Below are positions 33,914 to 47,067 of a DNA stretch of 64,000 nucleotides, in pieces. The first letter of the stretch is position 1; every line of letters begins with the position of its first letter. The stretch comes from Octopus sinensis (taxonomy: Eukaryota). The position numbers and the translations under genes were made by a program. Below the pieces are notes generated by a model. That model was not told the DNA's origin, searched no databases, and saw only the letters and a program-made list of their open reading frames with translations. The DNA lies in assembly GCF_006345805.1 (NCBI RefSeq), contig NC_042999.1, positions 13,330,001 through 13,394,000 on the forward strand. Reading direction: 5' to 3'.

Positions 33914-36088
33914 TAGTCTTATTTTTGTCACGTGATTTCACTGCACTACTGAGCGCAGCTCTGTGTGCCTTGGGTATGTGCTGTGGTTTGTGTTGGTGCT
34001 CTTATTTTCACTGTATTGAAAGTGTTTCATGTAGGATGTGTGCGGTACCCAGTAGTTCTATTTTCTGTATGTTATACGAGGTCTGATCAATAAGTATCCG
34101 GACTGTTACCATAATAACGAAACTGAAACACAGAGAGTGAAGCCGCTTGGCACAGATTGATCATGCGTTCTGCTGTGCAAGCACAATAACTTTTAATATT
34201 CTAGTTCACTTCCGCTGTTTATAGCAGTACTTGGAAGGAACATGTGTAGCGTGTGATCGTCGCATTGACCATGACAGAGAAAGTTATCATGGCGATACCT
34301 ACTCAGAGGCCTACGCAAAGTTGCAGAAGGTGTATGGAGAGGAGTGTATGGCCCGCACACGAGTGTACGAGTGGTTCAGACGTTTCCAAGATAGCAGAAA
34401 AAATGTTGATATTGACGAAGGTTCTGGGAGGCCCGCAACCAACAGAACTGGGGAAAACATCACAGATGTGCCTGTAGCTGTGAGGGGAAATCGTCGAATC
34501 ACCATCCGCGTGATAGCAGAAGATGTACAGATTAGTTACAGTTCAGTCCATTATCACTGAAGATTTGGATATGAGATGCGTGTCTGCCAAGTTTATGCCA
34601 AAACTGCTTTTAGCTGAGCAAAAAGACACTCGGGTTTCAGTTGCACAAGATCTGGATTGTGTCGAGAATGATGAAAACTTTTTGAAAACTGTGCGTAGAC
34701 CCTTGAGTAGGTATCGCCAAGCTTTTGGCAAAATTTGATGCAGATTCTCTTTTCAACTTTCTCTGTTATAGCTAATGAGACGATCACACGCTACATACCT
34801 TCCTTCCAATCACTGTTGTAAACAGCTGAAGTAAGCTACAACGTTAAAACTAGCGCCAAGCCGCTTCTCGCAGTGTGCTATTGTTTCGTTACTATGGCAA
34901 CAGTCCGGATGCTTATTGATCAGGCTACGCATATACTTGTAAGTCCTGGTGTTTTTGTTATGTATTTGTCTGAATGTTTTTCTTTTTATCATACCTAATA
35001 TGCCTACTATAATAGGAATTGTTTCTGCTTTTAGGCTCCGCCTTCACGTTACTTGTATTTCCAGATCTTTGTACTTTGAAAGATTCTCCATTTCTTTTAG
35101 AGAAACGTTGTCATCTTGTTGGTATTGATACATCGATTAGAGAGCATTTTTTCTTGCTGATTTCTGACAACTATATCCGGCCTATTAGCCTTGATTTCTA
35201 TATCTGTGTGTATTAGCATATTCCAGAGTATGGTTGCTTTCTCATTTTCTGTGACATTTTCTCAGGTATTCCTGTACCATCTCTTTTTTGTTGTTATTCT
35301 ATAGTGTTGGCATAGCTTCCAGCGTATATCGATCCCAACACTGTCGAGTTTGAATATATTCCTTCTAAGACAAAACTGTGCAGCCAGAGACAATACGATT
35401 TATTGTTTCTTCTCCATCACCACATATTCCGTAGTTACTTGTATTATTTTTCATTATGTATTTTTGGTGATTTCTGGTGGGAAGGCTTTGATCTTGTACT
35501 GCAATTAAAAATCCTTCAGTCACTGCTTTGAGTCCTGAGTTTCTCAGCCATTGTTGGGATTTTGCTTTGTCTATTTCTTATCTGTTTAGCTTAACCCAAT
35601 ATTTGCCATGAAGGGGTTTTTCTTGCCATTGTTTCATCATGAACAGTTGCTGTTCCAGTTTTAGTTTGGATTTCAGTTGTGTTACAGGATTTAATGTTTT
35701 TTCTTTTTCTTCATAGTTGTTGGGTACTATGACTCTTTTTTTGTTTTTGTCAGCGTCCTTAAAAACCAAAAAAACCCCAGTTTTTGTTCTATTCATGTCT
35801 TGTGGCTATTTGCATAAGTTTCCCTTGCTTCTGATGTAGGTATTTCTGTAATCCTACGGTGGTTATTTTGTAATAGTTTTCTAGCTGTATAAGGCCTCTA
35901 TCACCTTCGATACGTTGTATATATAAACTTTCTAAGTCAGATTTTGAGTGGTGCACCCTAAATCCTGTCGTTATTTTTCTTATTTTCCTGTCTATTTTGA
36001 TGTAGCTGTAACTTATAACTGGGACGGCTAAAGAGTTGATACCCATTATCTTGTTTTTCGCATTGAGCTCTGTTGTCAATATTCATCT
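33905..36088 (-). mobile_element. 5'-truncated R4/Dong element with nested mariner, flanked by (TAA)n
   Basis: AKNKIMGINSLAVPVISYS..HHSKSDLESLYIQRIEGDRGLIQLE; QWQEKPLHGKY; ANRPDIVV; 3' UTR as at 25155-25253. Confidence 0.88.
34077..34929 (+). mobile_element. Non-autonomous mariner with two inverted 5' ends
   Basis: TIR CGAGGTCTGATCAATAAGTATCCGGACTGTTACCATA; N-terminal HTH (EAYAKLQKVYGEECMARTRVYEWFRRF..GSGRP); the right end encodes an inverted EKRICIKFCQKLGDT. Confidence 0.85.
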
Positions 36089-36104
36089 AAATTTATTATC
36101 ATTA

Positions 36105-36144
<40 letters not shown>

Positions 36145-36164
36145 TATTATTATCATTATTATTA

Positions 36165-36202
<38 letters not shown>

Positions 36203-36205
<3 letters not shown>

Positions 36206-37480
36206 GTTTGAATTTTGCTTTATATGTGTACAAGTTGACTCCATGTTTCACCAAGAGACTTCAAGAGACAACAGGTTAGAAGTTCAAGTTGGTTTTATGC
36301 CTAGGGTGTCATATATTTGGTTTTGTACATAGTGTTGTTCTAGAGAATGTTTAAGAAACCATAAGAAAATTATGAGTTTGTTTTAAAATTGGAGATTACG
36401 TAGACAGTATTTTACGTAGGATATGGGGAGTTTCCAATGAGCACTATCTTTTGAATTACTGCCATTTTGGGGTTTCCTGGTATCTGAATTAGGTAGCAAT
36501 CAGCCCCTTTTGCTATCATTCCTAGGACGCCTATGACAACAGCTATTGTTTTAGTGTTCAGGTTCCACATTTTGCCAATATATATTTCAAGATCTTTATA
36601 CTTGCTCAGATTTTGGTATGTCTTCACAGATACATTTATGTCGATTGGGACAGTCATATCAATGAGGAGGCATGATTTTTGTCTGAAGTCTTTCAATATG
36701 ATGTCTGGCCTATTCGCATCTATCTTTATGTCAGTTTGAACGCTGAAGTTCCAGAGGAATGAGATGTGATCATTTTCAAGCACTGGAGGTGGTTTGTGTT
36801 TCCACCAGTTTTTATCATGGTGCAGGTCCAGGTTTTTGCAAATTACTTAGTGAATATATTGTGCAGCTCTATCATTGCTTGTTGTGATACCCTGTAGACG
36901 CAAAAAGACCGCACATGAAGACAACATGATTAATGGCTTCATTTTGTTGTTTATATACATGACGTGTTGGGCTACTTCCGTTCTTTAATATGTTGGCCAG
37001 GTAATTCCTTGTAGGTAGGCATTGATCTTGGGCTGCTAAAATAAATCCTTCTGTTTCTGATTTTAAACCAGAAGACATTAACCATTGATGGGTAAGGGCT
37101 TTGTCAACATCGGCACTATTAACTCTTTTTGGGTATTCGCCATTGAGAGGTTTCTCTTGCCATTTATCATTCAGAATATCTAAAGCAGCAGTTTTAGCAC
37201 GGGTTTTCATACGCTTAGATTTTTCTGTGCTTGTTTCCAGAACGTCTAATTCTGGGATTTGTTGTATTTGGAATTCACTTATTTGCTTTGTTACTGAGTA
37301 TGATGCTTTCTTGTTTTCATGCTTTAAGACATAATTTAGCATCCAGTCATCAGAGTCTTTCAAGTAGGTGTCTAGGCCAATTGTTGCAATCTTCATTGTT
37401 AATTCCAGTCGTAAAAGTCCAAGGCCACCGTCTTTTCTTGGCAGGTACAGTCGTTCTATATCTGCCTTACAAAGAAGTAA
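36203..37480 (-). mobile_element. Second R4/Dong subfamily, 3' portion with (TAA)n tail
   Basis: KADIERLYLPRKDGGLGL..GLKSETEGFILAAQDQCLPTRNY; ANRPDIILKDFRQKSCLLIDMTVP..KYKDLEI. Confidence 0.9.
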
Positions 37481-37699
37481 CACAAGATTTGTTTAAACAT
37501 ACAACTTTACATCATGAATCATAAAAACCAAATGCAAAAATGCAAAAGCCAAGTATTATACATACATACACACACACACACACATACATACATACATACA
37601 TACATACATACATACATACATACATACATGCATACATACATGCATACATACATACATACATACATACATACATACATACATACATACATACATACAACA

Positions 37700-38218
<519 letters not shown>

Positions 38219-38279
38219 GAATATATATTATATATAATATATAATATATATATGTGTGTGTGTTGTGTGGCGTGTGCGT

Positions 38280-38600
<321 letters not shown>

Positions 38601-38859
38601 AGTCTATATATCTATATATATGTATAAACATATGCACACACATCTACGCATACACCCACACGTACAAAACACACGTGTGCATAGTATATTTGTACAGGTA
38701 TTTAACTTCTGGATAGGTGCCAATTACGTGAATTAGGTAGCAAGGTGATCTGACAAGAAAAATATTAAAAAACAAAACAAAAAACAAAACAAATACAATA
38801 AAGGAAAAAAAAGCAAACAAGAAAAAAAACCCCGAAAGAAAACGACGAAGATGAATACA

Positions 38860-38923
<64 letters not shown>

Positions 38924-40193
38924 TGAGAGCAAATCCATTAGTTATTTTAGTAGTTGTATAAAATGTCTCCTCTCTTTCCCAACCCATCGGAACAAGGTAT
39001 CACCTATCTGTTCTCTCCCACCGACTCGTAATGTTTCCCGGCAATCCATGAATATGAGAAGAGATTTATCGTTTTGTTTGGTCAATAAAGACCGAGAACT
39101 TCCTTCCCTTTCTCTCGTTCTCTTTCTCTTCTTTCCCTTTCTCTCTCTGTCTCTCTGTCTGTTTGCCTATCTGCCTGTCTGTCTGTCTCCCTGTCTCACA
39201 CACACATGCACGGATATGCAATTTCTTTTTCTCTCTCCCTCTCTCGTTTTCTTCCTACTTGTCTCATCTGCTCACTTTTTTCTCTTTCACTCCGTTCTTT
39301 ATCTTTCTTTTCGCTCATTCCCTCTGTCTGTCTGCCTTGTTGTGGAATTTGAACGACTGAATCGTCGTCTCACAAGTTTCATTACCACCTCCAGCACCAT
39401 CGCCTCCACTCCCACCGCCGCCTCCGCTACAACCACCAAAAAACCGTAGTCAACACCACCGCCACTACCACGCTGCCGTCGCCGCCACCTCCACCACCAC
39501 GACCACTTTCAGATCTGAAAGCAGTCTGATATAAAAAGAAATAACTCTAAATAAAAGGTTTAATTACAGGTCTAATATAAAAGGACTTTGGTCTAAGATA
39601 AAAAGACAGACCTAATATACTGTGTCTAGTCATAGGTCTAATACAAAGGGACTTCAGTCTAATATAATCGGTCTAATGACAGGTCTAATATAAAGACATA
39701 AACCTATGTCTAATCATAGATCTAATATGAAGAAAGCTTTAGTCTGCTACAATTGGTGTAATCATAGGTCTAATTTAAGTTTAGACATTGGTCTAATTTA
39801 AAAGGAGTTACGTCAGATACTCTAGTCCTTATCATAGGCCTAATGTAAAAGGACTTTAGTAGGTCTAATGATAGGTTTAATATTAAAATTCACAAGCTTA
39901 ATAGACTTGGTCTAACGATGGATCTAATACAAAAGTAGATAGAAGTCTAATAGAAGATACAAATCTAACAGAAAATAGAAAGTGTAGAAAGTTTAATCAT
40001 AAGTCTAATGTATAAGGACTTAATTCTCATATAACAGACATGGCTATCGGTCTAAAAGAAAATAAACGTGGGTCTAATATTATTGGTCTAATTGTAAGTC
40101 TAGCCATAGGACTACCATAAAAGGATGCTGTAACATACGTCTTGATATATATATATCTAAACTTAAATGCTATAAAATGTCTAAAGTTAGGTC

Positions 40194-40348
40194 CAGGGGC
40201 AGACTGAGAGCATCAAGGGCTCTCGGGTATAACTGTTTACTGGACCCTTAGCATTGATATCAATAGAGGTAACGTGTGGATTGCGGGCCTCTCAGAGCTC
40301 CTGGCCCTCGAGCAGTACCCGATTGACCGACAGCTCAGTCCGCCTCTG
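40194..40348. mobile_element. 155-bp hAT-type MITE
   Basis: TIR CAGGGGCAGACTGAG / CTCAGTCCGCCTCTG; 8-bp TSD GTTAGGTC/ATTAGGTC. Confidence 0.75.
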
Positions 40349-40364
40349 ATTAGGTCTAGTATAA

Positions 40365-40655
40365 AATGGCATTGTTTGTTCCTTCTCGAGCCACGTCCGG
40401 CTCATAAGGCGTATAGGTTCCCCACCTGGACGGGACGCTGGTCCGTCGCAGGTGATCTGCAAGATGCAGGAGGAAAGAGTGAGAGAAAGTTGTGGTGAAA
40501 GAGTCAGCAGAAGTTCGCCATTACCTTCTGCCAGAGCCGCGTGGAGCTTAGGTGTTTCGCTCATAAACACACACACATCGCCCGGTCTGAGATTCGAACC
40601 CGCGATCCCTCGACCGCGAGTCCGCCGCTCTAACCACTAGGCCATGTGCCACCAC
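40365..40655 (-). mobile_element. SINE C, well preserved
   Basis: Reverse complement shows a tRNA-like head and CTGCGACGGACCAGCGTCCCGTCCAGG. Confidence 0.85.
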
Positions 40656-40847
40656 ATAAAATGACATTAGTCTTGCATAAATGGTTTAACCATGCTCTAG
40701 ACATTGGTCTAAAAAAAGGACTTATTGATTCACCACAGACTACACTAGTCTAGAAGTAAAGGCCATAATGCCAGTTTTAGAAAGTCTTTTGATCATAGGC
40801 CCCAAAAGATTGGAGCTGACCTGGGCATAAGCAGCAACAACAACTAG

Positions 40848-40950
40848 TGGAGGCGCAATGGCCCAGTGGTTAGGGCAGAGGACTCGCGGTCGAAGATTTC
40901 GATTCCCAGACCGGGCATTGTGAGTGATTATTGAGCAAAAAACACCTAAG
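40848..40950 (+). mobile_element. SINE C head only
   Basis: GGAGGCGCAATGGCCCAGTGGTTAGGGCAGAGGACTCGCGG..TTCGATTCCC. Confidence 0.8.
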
Positions 40951-41149
40951 TTCCCTAGTCTAGATTGCGAATTCTCTGTACCCCAAGATGGTTCAACTCT
41001 CCACCCGTTAAAAGCCACCGTTTACGGAATGAGGATAACAACGTAGCTTTCGCGCCCGTGCAACCGCTTGTCTATCGCGTTCTTAGTAGCTTAGAGTAGG
41101 CTCGAATTAGAGATTATTCTTTATGGCTAATGGCGTGAGTCCTGATTGG

Positions 41150-41335
41150 AAGAAGAAGAAGAAGAAGAAAAATAAGAAGAAGAAGAAGAGAAGAAGAAGA
41201 AGAAGAAGAAGAAGAAGAAGAAGAGAAGAAGAAGAAGAAAGAAGAAGAAGAGAAGAAGAAGAGACAAGAGAGAAGACAACAACAACTGCTACGACAATAA
41301 CGATGGCAACAACAATGACAACAACGACAGCAAAA
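41150..41335. repeat. (GAA)n then (ACA/ACG)n repeats
   Basis: Direct reading. Confidence 0.88.
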
Positions 41336-41598
41336 CCTTCGCACCCGCAACACTGTCGACATCATGAATGCTACGCTAACACGGCTGCCTCGTCCTTTAA
41401 TTCAATGTTTCTGTGAACTTAATTGAACAAGATGTCACTTGGAAGTTTTCCAAAAGTATGCTTCATACTTCGTCTGACTGTCTGTCTCTTTCTTTCTCTC
41501 TCCCTCTTTCTCTCTCTCACACTCACACACACACATATATATATATAGAAGAGAGAAACGTATATAAATACATACGTACATATATATATACGCACACA

Positions 41599-41634
<36 letters not shown>

Positions 41635-41939
41635 ACACACACACACACATATATATATATTTATATATATGCATTCACAAACATACACACATGTATAGAT
41701 TGATAATTAGATAAATTACTCAATCAATCAATCGATCAATCACTCAGTCAATCGATCACTCTCTCCCTTTCTCTCTCATTCTCTCACTCTAAATCTATCT
41801 ATCTATCTACCCATCTAACTATCTATTTTGACTTGTCTCTCTCTGTGTTGTCAGCTGATTTAACCCTATGTATATCCCTGTTTAACGAACGATCATCTCT
41901 CACTAAATGTATCATCTCACAATGGCGAGAATCACGGCA

Positions 41940-42225
41940 GTGGCACAGCTAGCAGCAGTAGCAGCAGTTACAGAAGTAATATTTTAGCAGCAGCAGCAGC
42001 AGCAGATGCAGCAGAAGCAGTAGTCGTAGTAGTAGTAACAGCAGCAGTACCTGAAACGTCAGGCGCAAGCAGCTGTAAGGATATCAGAAGGTAGCTGATA
42101 ACAGTAGTAGCATCATTATCAGCAGCATTAATTGCAGTAGAAAGAGCAGCAGCAGCAGCAGCTACTGTAAGCAGCAGGAGCAGTATAGCGGCGGCAGCAG
42201 CAGCAGCAACGGCAGCAGTAATAAA
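41940..42225. repeat. Degenerate (GCA)n/(GTA)n repeat
   Basis: Direct reading. Confidence 0.8.
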
Positions 42226-42722
42226 CATCTTCTGATGAGAAATGCACAGATTTCAAAATCTGTTGTTTGCCTTTGCTCTCCCCCTTCCTCATTGCTTACT
42301 CCCTCCCTTTCTCTCTCTCTCTCACTTTCATCGTCTGTCTGCCTCTTGCCTCTGTTTGCCTCTCTCTCTTCCCCCTCTTTCCCTCTCATTGTCTGTCTCT
42401 CACCCCCCCCACTGCTCTTCTCCCCCTCTTTAAAATAAACTTCCGTAACAACGGAAACCAGAATAAAGCGAGGCTCTGTTTGGTTGTATAAGCTGCTAGA
42501 CATAACAGCCAAATCTAGCTGAAATCACACTTTACTAAGAAACGGACATATTAAACAACGTTAGTTCTAGGTGCTCTAAAAAGACCAAGAGTAACTTGAC
42601 TGCTATTTCTAGCAGAATACATTTCATCAGTCGAGGATGACCAGGAGGAAAATAACACCACGGCTCAAATATATATTTTTTTTATCCATCACTACACACA
42701 CACACACTCTCTCTCTCTCTTG

Positions 42723-42932
42723 TACTCTTTTACTTGTTTCAGTCATTTGACTGTGGCCATGCTGGAGCACCGCCTTTAGTCGGGCAAATCGACCCCAGGA
42801 CTTATTCTATGCAAGCCTAGCACTTATTCTATCGGTCCATTTTGCCGAACCGCTAGGTTACGGGGACGTAAACACACCAACATCGGTTGTCAAGCGATGT
42901 TGGGAGGACAAATAGCAGACACACAAACATAT

Positions 42933-42978
<46 letters not shown>

Positions 42979-43095
42979 GACGGGCTTCTTTCAGTTTCCG
43001 TCTACCAAATCCACTCACAAGGCTTTGGTCGGCCCTAGGCTATAGTAGAAGACATGTGGTTCGTAAGCAAGCTACTTACCACACAGCCAATCCCA
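42723..43095 (-). mobile_element. SINE B with head deletion
   Basis: Tail, 3' half, (CA)(TA) insert and partial head. Confidence 0.85.
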
Positions 43096-43269
43096 TATAG
43101 TGTATCTAGAAATACATTATTTAATGTGTCTTCTTAAAAAAAAGAAAGCATATAGGAAATTTGAGAGATTCAACTGTTATTTTCAGAGACTCACCTATCG
43201 TTATGAAAATTGGGTAATGGCCGTAAAAGTATAACAACAAAGGCAATCGGTTGAAATTGTGTTCCTCTG

Positions 43270-43575
43270 AAGGACCTATGGAATAAATGTTACTCGCCAG
43301 GTTGCGTAGCTCGGAGATTAGGAGTCTTTCTAGGTTGAACCGCTACTTTTCCGCATTGAGAGGTCATAGCATAAATACTATGGCCATGTGATTAGGATGT
43401 TGCGGGGAAAGAATCGCAAGACGGATTCTTCAAGCCGAGTCAACTGGCAGGAGACCAAGGGGTTGACCAAAAATGAGATGATTGGATTATATCCATAGTT
43501 TCAGATGGTCACAAGTGAAAATCTAGCTGGAAAGTCGAATTACGGTTGCTTCTGAAAGGACCCTATAGAAAAAGT
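43270..43575 (+). mobile_element. Degenerate RTE LINE C-terminal fragment
   Basis: IERS*HKYYGHVIRML..ERIARRILQAESTGRRPRG*PKMR*LDYIHS. Confidence 0.7.
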
Positions 43576-43769
43576 GACCGAGGACTCTTCATCACGACCC
43601 CCATTCCCACCCGGGGCACGACTTTGGACAGAGAAGAGGGATGGTTGAACGTTTAGAGACTGACCCTGATTTCTCTGTGGGTTCTATTTTTTAGAGTTCC
43701 ATATCCAGATGAAACTGCAATAAATAATGTGTCTTTGTAGCATTTTGAATATAACCTAATACCTGCTGC

Positions 43770-44200
43770 CCTTCATCAAATCGATGTATCAATCAACGGA
43801 ACGATCATGACAATCATTTATAGAGAGTAGATCAGTGAAGGGTACGTGCTGGGGTTCCTCGCTCTTTATACCGGAAACACGTTCAAGTGACCTGTATTGA
43901 AGATTTCCACAATTATTTTTCTGGAAAATACTTTGTAGTAATAAGATTCTGGGTAGAGTGAAGTCACGACTCTGCAGAGTATCGATTCCACCAGGCTGGC
44001 CATATTCTTCGTCTAGTTGATCAACGGTTCTCCAAAAGAGCCATAATTTAGGTAACATCTGTAAGTAGGCATAGAAGTGACAGGCCGAAGATTCCTTGGA
44101 GGTGCACATTTCAAGATGGAATGGATATGCAAGATGAGCAGCCGACCGAATCAGATGGAATGCTGCCCAATGCATTGAGCTGTGCAAGTGGAGCTAAAGT
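43770..44200 (+). mobile_element. Degenerate RTE/RTE-X LINE C-terminal fragment
   Basis: AGHILRLVDQRFSKRAII*..DRPKIPWRCTF..ADRIRWNAAQC, across frames. Confidence 0.6.
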
Positions 44201-44224
44201 TGAAAAAAAAAATTAACATCTAGG

Positions 44225-44685
44225 CACGGGAATGGATGTGAGGTTAGTAGCTTGCTAACCAACTACATGGTTCCGGCTTCAGTCCCACTGCTCGGCACCT
44301 TGGGCAAGTGTCCTCTACTATAGCCTCAGGCCGACCAAAGCCTTGTGAGTGGTTTTGGTAGATGAAAACTGAAAGAAGCCAGTCGTATATATGTGTATGT
44401 ATGTGTGTGTGTTTGTGTGTTTGTGTGTGTGTGTGTGTGTGTTTGTGTGTGTGTGTTTGTGTGTGTGTGTGCGTGTGTGTTGGCGTGTATATGTTTGTGT
44501 GTCTGTGTTTGTCTCTCCACCATCGCTTGGCAACCGAAGCTGGTGTGTTTATGACCCTTAGCGGTTCGGCAAAAGAGACTGATAGAATAAGTCCTGGGGT
44601 CGATTTGTTCGGCTAAATGGCTGTGCTCCAGCATGGCCGCAGTCAAATGACTGAAACAAAAAAAGAGTAAAAAAATAAAAAAGAA
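44225..44685 (+). mobile_element. SINE B with internal (TG)n
   Basis: Head, core, microsatellite, 3' half and tail. Confidence 0.87.
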
Positions 44686-45053
44686 TAACTATATTTACAG
44701 GTGAAGTTGTTTGAGCATTATGTTAGTACCCGAGTTGCTGATGACACTTAGAGACCTTTTTTGTAGCCCCTTTTTCATTGCCTTCCAACAGCCGTAGATA
44801 TTCTGTTGCGGACAGAAACCTCCAGCTATGGAGCTATTCAGCCATTCATCGATTTGGTTATGTAAGAAAAAATTCACGGCTTTGGCGTGGCCGACGCATC
44901 CGAAAGTAATTCTTGATAACGTAGCAAACGAAAGTGAAATGCTTCTTCATAAAAGATCTCTTATGAATTATGCACTTCAATAGTAACAGGAAAATAATGA
45001 CAACAGACCTTACGGCTGGAATCATTCATGATAAATACATAAGAACCATCCAT

Positions 45054-45445
45054 AGGCGCAGGAGTGGCTGTGTGGTAAGTAGCTTGCTAACCAACCACAT
45101 GGTTCCGGGTTCAGTCCCACTGCGTTGCATCTTGGGCAAGTGTCTTCTGCTATAGCCCCGGGCCGACCAATGCCTTGTGAGTGGATTTGGTAGACAGAAA
45201 CTGAAAGAAGCCAGTCGTATATATGTATATATATGTGTGTGTGTCTGTTTGTCCCCCTAGCATTGCTTGACAACCGATGCTGGTGTGTTTACGTCACCGT
45301 CACTTAGCAGTTCGGCAAAAAGAGACCGATAGAATAAGTACTGGGCTTACAAAGAATAAGTCCCGGGGTCGATTTGCTCGACTAAAGGCGGTGCTCCAGC
45401 ATGGCCGCAGTCAAATGACTGAAACAAGTAAAAGAAAAAAAAAAT
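45054..45445 (+). mobile_element. SINE B, close to family consensus
   Basis: AGGCGCAGGAGTGGCTGTGTGG...GAAACAAGTAAAAG. Confidence 0.9.
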
Positions 45446-45724
45446 ATGATATGGATAAAGAGAACAGAATTGGGGTGCTATAAACTGATCAAAGTACCAG
45501 TGTCATGAAAAAGGGTCGTTTGGCTTCGAGGAAACTAATGTACTTTCTTTGTTTCGAGGATGTTAATCTAAGTTAATCTGGTTGAGGCTATCTTTTGTCA
45601 ATATAACTCTCGTTATAAAATTCGAACTTTGCACTGAGGGCTAAGGAAACACGCATCATTTATTCAATGATATCGCTGTCTAAAGAAGCAAGCTTTATCA
45701 GCGTATCGGGTACTTATTGACAGC

Positions 45725-46309
45725 TATATAGATTTTTAAATCTGGTGAGTTAAGTGGTCATCTCTCTACTTACAGAAGTACGTTACACCACAAATGTTAC
45801 CTATTAACAGTAACACAGACTTTTATTTCAGCTGTATTAAGTAGTAGCTTTAGTATAGACAAAACAGAACAATATGGCCCTCTTGATCCCTGAAGTGATG
45901 CCATGGCGAGCTGGCAGAAACGTTAGCACGCCGGGCGAAATACGTAGCCGTATTACGTCTACCGTTACGTTCTGGGTTCAAATTCCGCCGAGGTCGACTT
46001 TGCCTTTCATCCTTTCGGGGTCGATAAATTAAGTACCAGTTACGCACTGGGGTCGATGTAATCGACTTAATCCGTTTGTCTGTCCTTGTTTGTCCCCTCT
46101 GTGTTTAACCCCTTGTGGGTAGTAATGAAATATATATAGATTTTTAAATCTGGTGAGTTAAGTGGTCATCTCTCTACTTACAGAAGTATGTTACACCACA
46201 AAAGTTACCTATTAACAGTAACATAGACTTTTATTGCAGCTGTGTTAAGTAGCTTTAGTATGAACAAAACAGAACAATATAGGCCTCTTGGTCCCTGAGG
46301 TTATGCCAT
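45725..46309. repeat. About 180-bp direct duplication flanking a full-length SINE A
   Basis: 45725-45904 matches 46133-46309; the SINE occupies 45905-46130. Confidence 0.85.
45905..46130 (+). mobile_element. SINE A, full length, tail 1
   Basis: GGCGAGCTGGCAGAAACGTTAGC...GTGGGTAGTAATGAAA. Confidence 0.9.
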
Positions 46310-46996
46310 ATATACCCGATCATTAGCGACTCTCACACTTAAAAAAAAAAAAAACTATTTATCAGACGACCACCGATCATATAAAACACGCCGTACTTTT
46401 CTCTAGATCCGTATATTACACATTTCATTATACTATAATGGTGAAAGCCGTCGTGAAATATTCACCTTGAAAATAAGCGAACACATGCGCAGAAGCTCAT
46501 GAACTGTTGTTGTTGTTGTGTTGGCTCAAATGGAAGTTCAATGTTGCAACTTGTAAAAAGAACCTGGCCATGAGGACTGCGTCTCTGACAAGTATGGCAG
46601 AATGTATTGTATTGCATTGTATTCTATTTCATTCCATTTCATTTCACCCCCCACAACAATGTTCGAGTGAAACCTTACTAAACCCTTGCGTCTAACTTCG
46701 TCATTGCATCTCTCATAACATGAACACTTCGTAAAATGTTCTTTAAATAACAGTAACTGCCATGACGCAGTGCATTGCAACGATTCTCGTAAATATATAT
46801 TTCCTGCTTTTTTGTTTTCTTAGCTATGGCTTTGGAAATACTGATCGTTAGATATTCACAGTTAAAGACGTATACACCGAATTACACAACTAACACATAT
46901 ACAAACACGCAAAATCTACTAAACATACCTACCTACATCCATGCTTACTACACACATCTATACATACATGAGTACATACATACATACATACATACA

Positions 46997-47067
<71 letters not shown>

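Larger units (their letters stand above)
39555..40820. repeat. Degenerate GGTCTAAT-core tandem array interrupted by a MITE and SINE C
   Basis: Many (G/A)GTCTAAT motifs; recurring ATAGGTCTAAT.TAAAAGGACTT. Confidence 0.72.

Noticed and set aside
40848-40925. tRNA gene
   Set aside because: tRNA-derived SINE head that continues into SINE body; no proper acceptor stem.
42232-42262. CTGATGA plus a 5-bp hairpin
   Set aside because: G12 is missing and there is no helix I or III.
42585-42620. Minus-strand CTGATGA..GAAA..GTC
   Set aside because: GAAA is the loop of a CTGCTA/TAGCAG hairpin and helix I does not pair.
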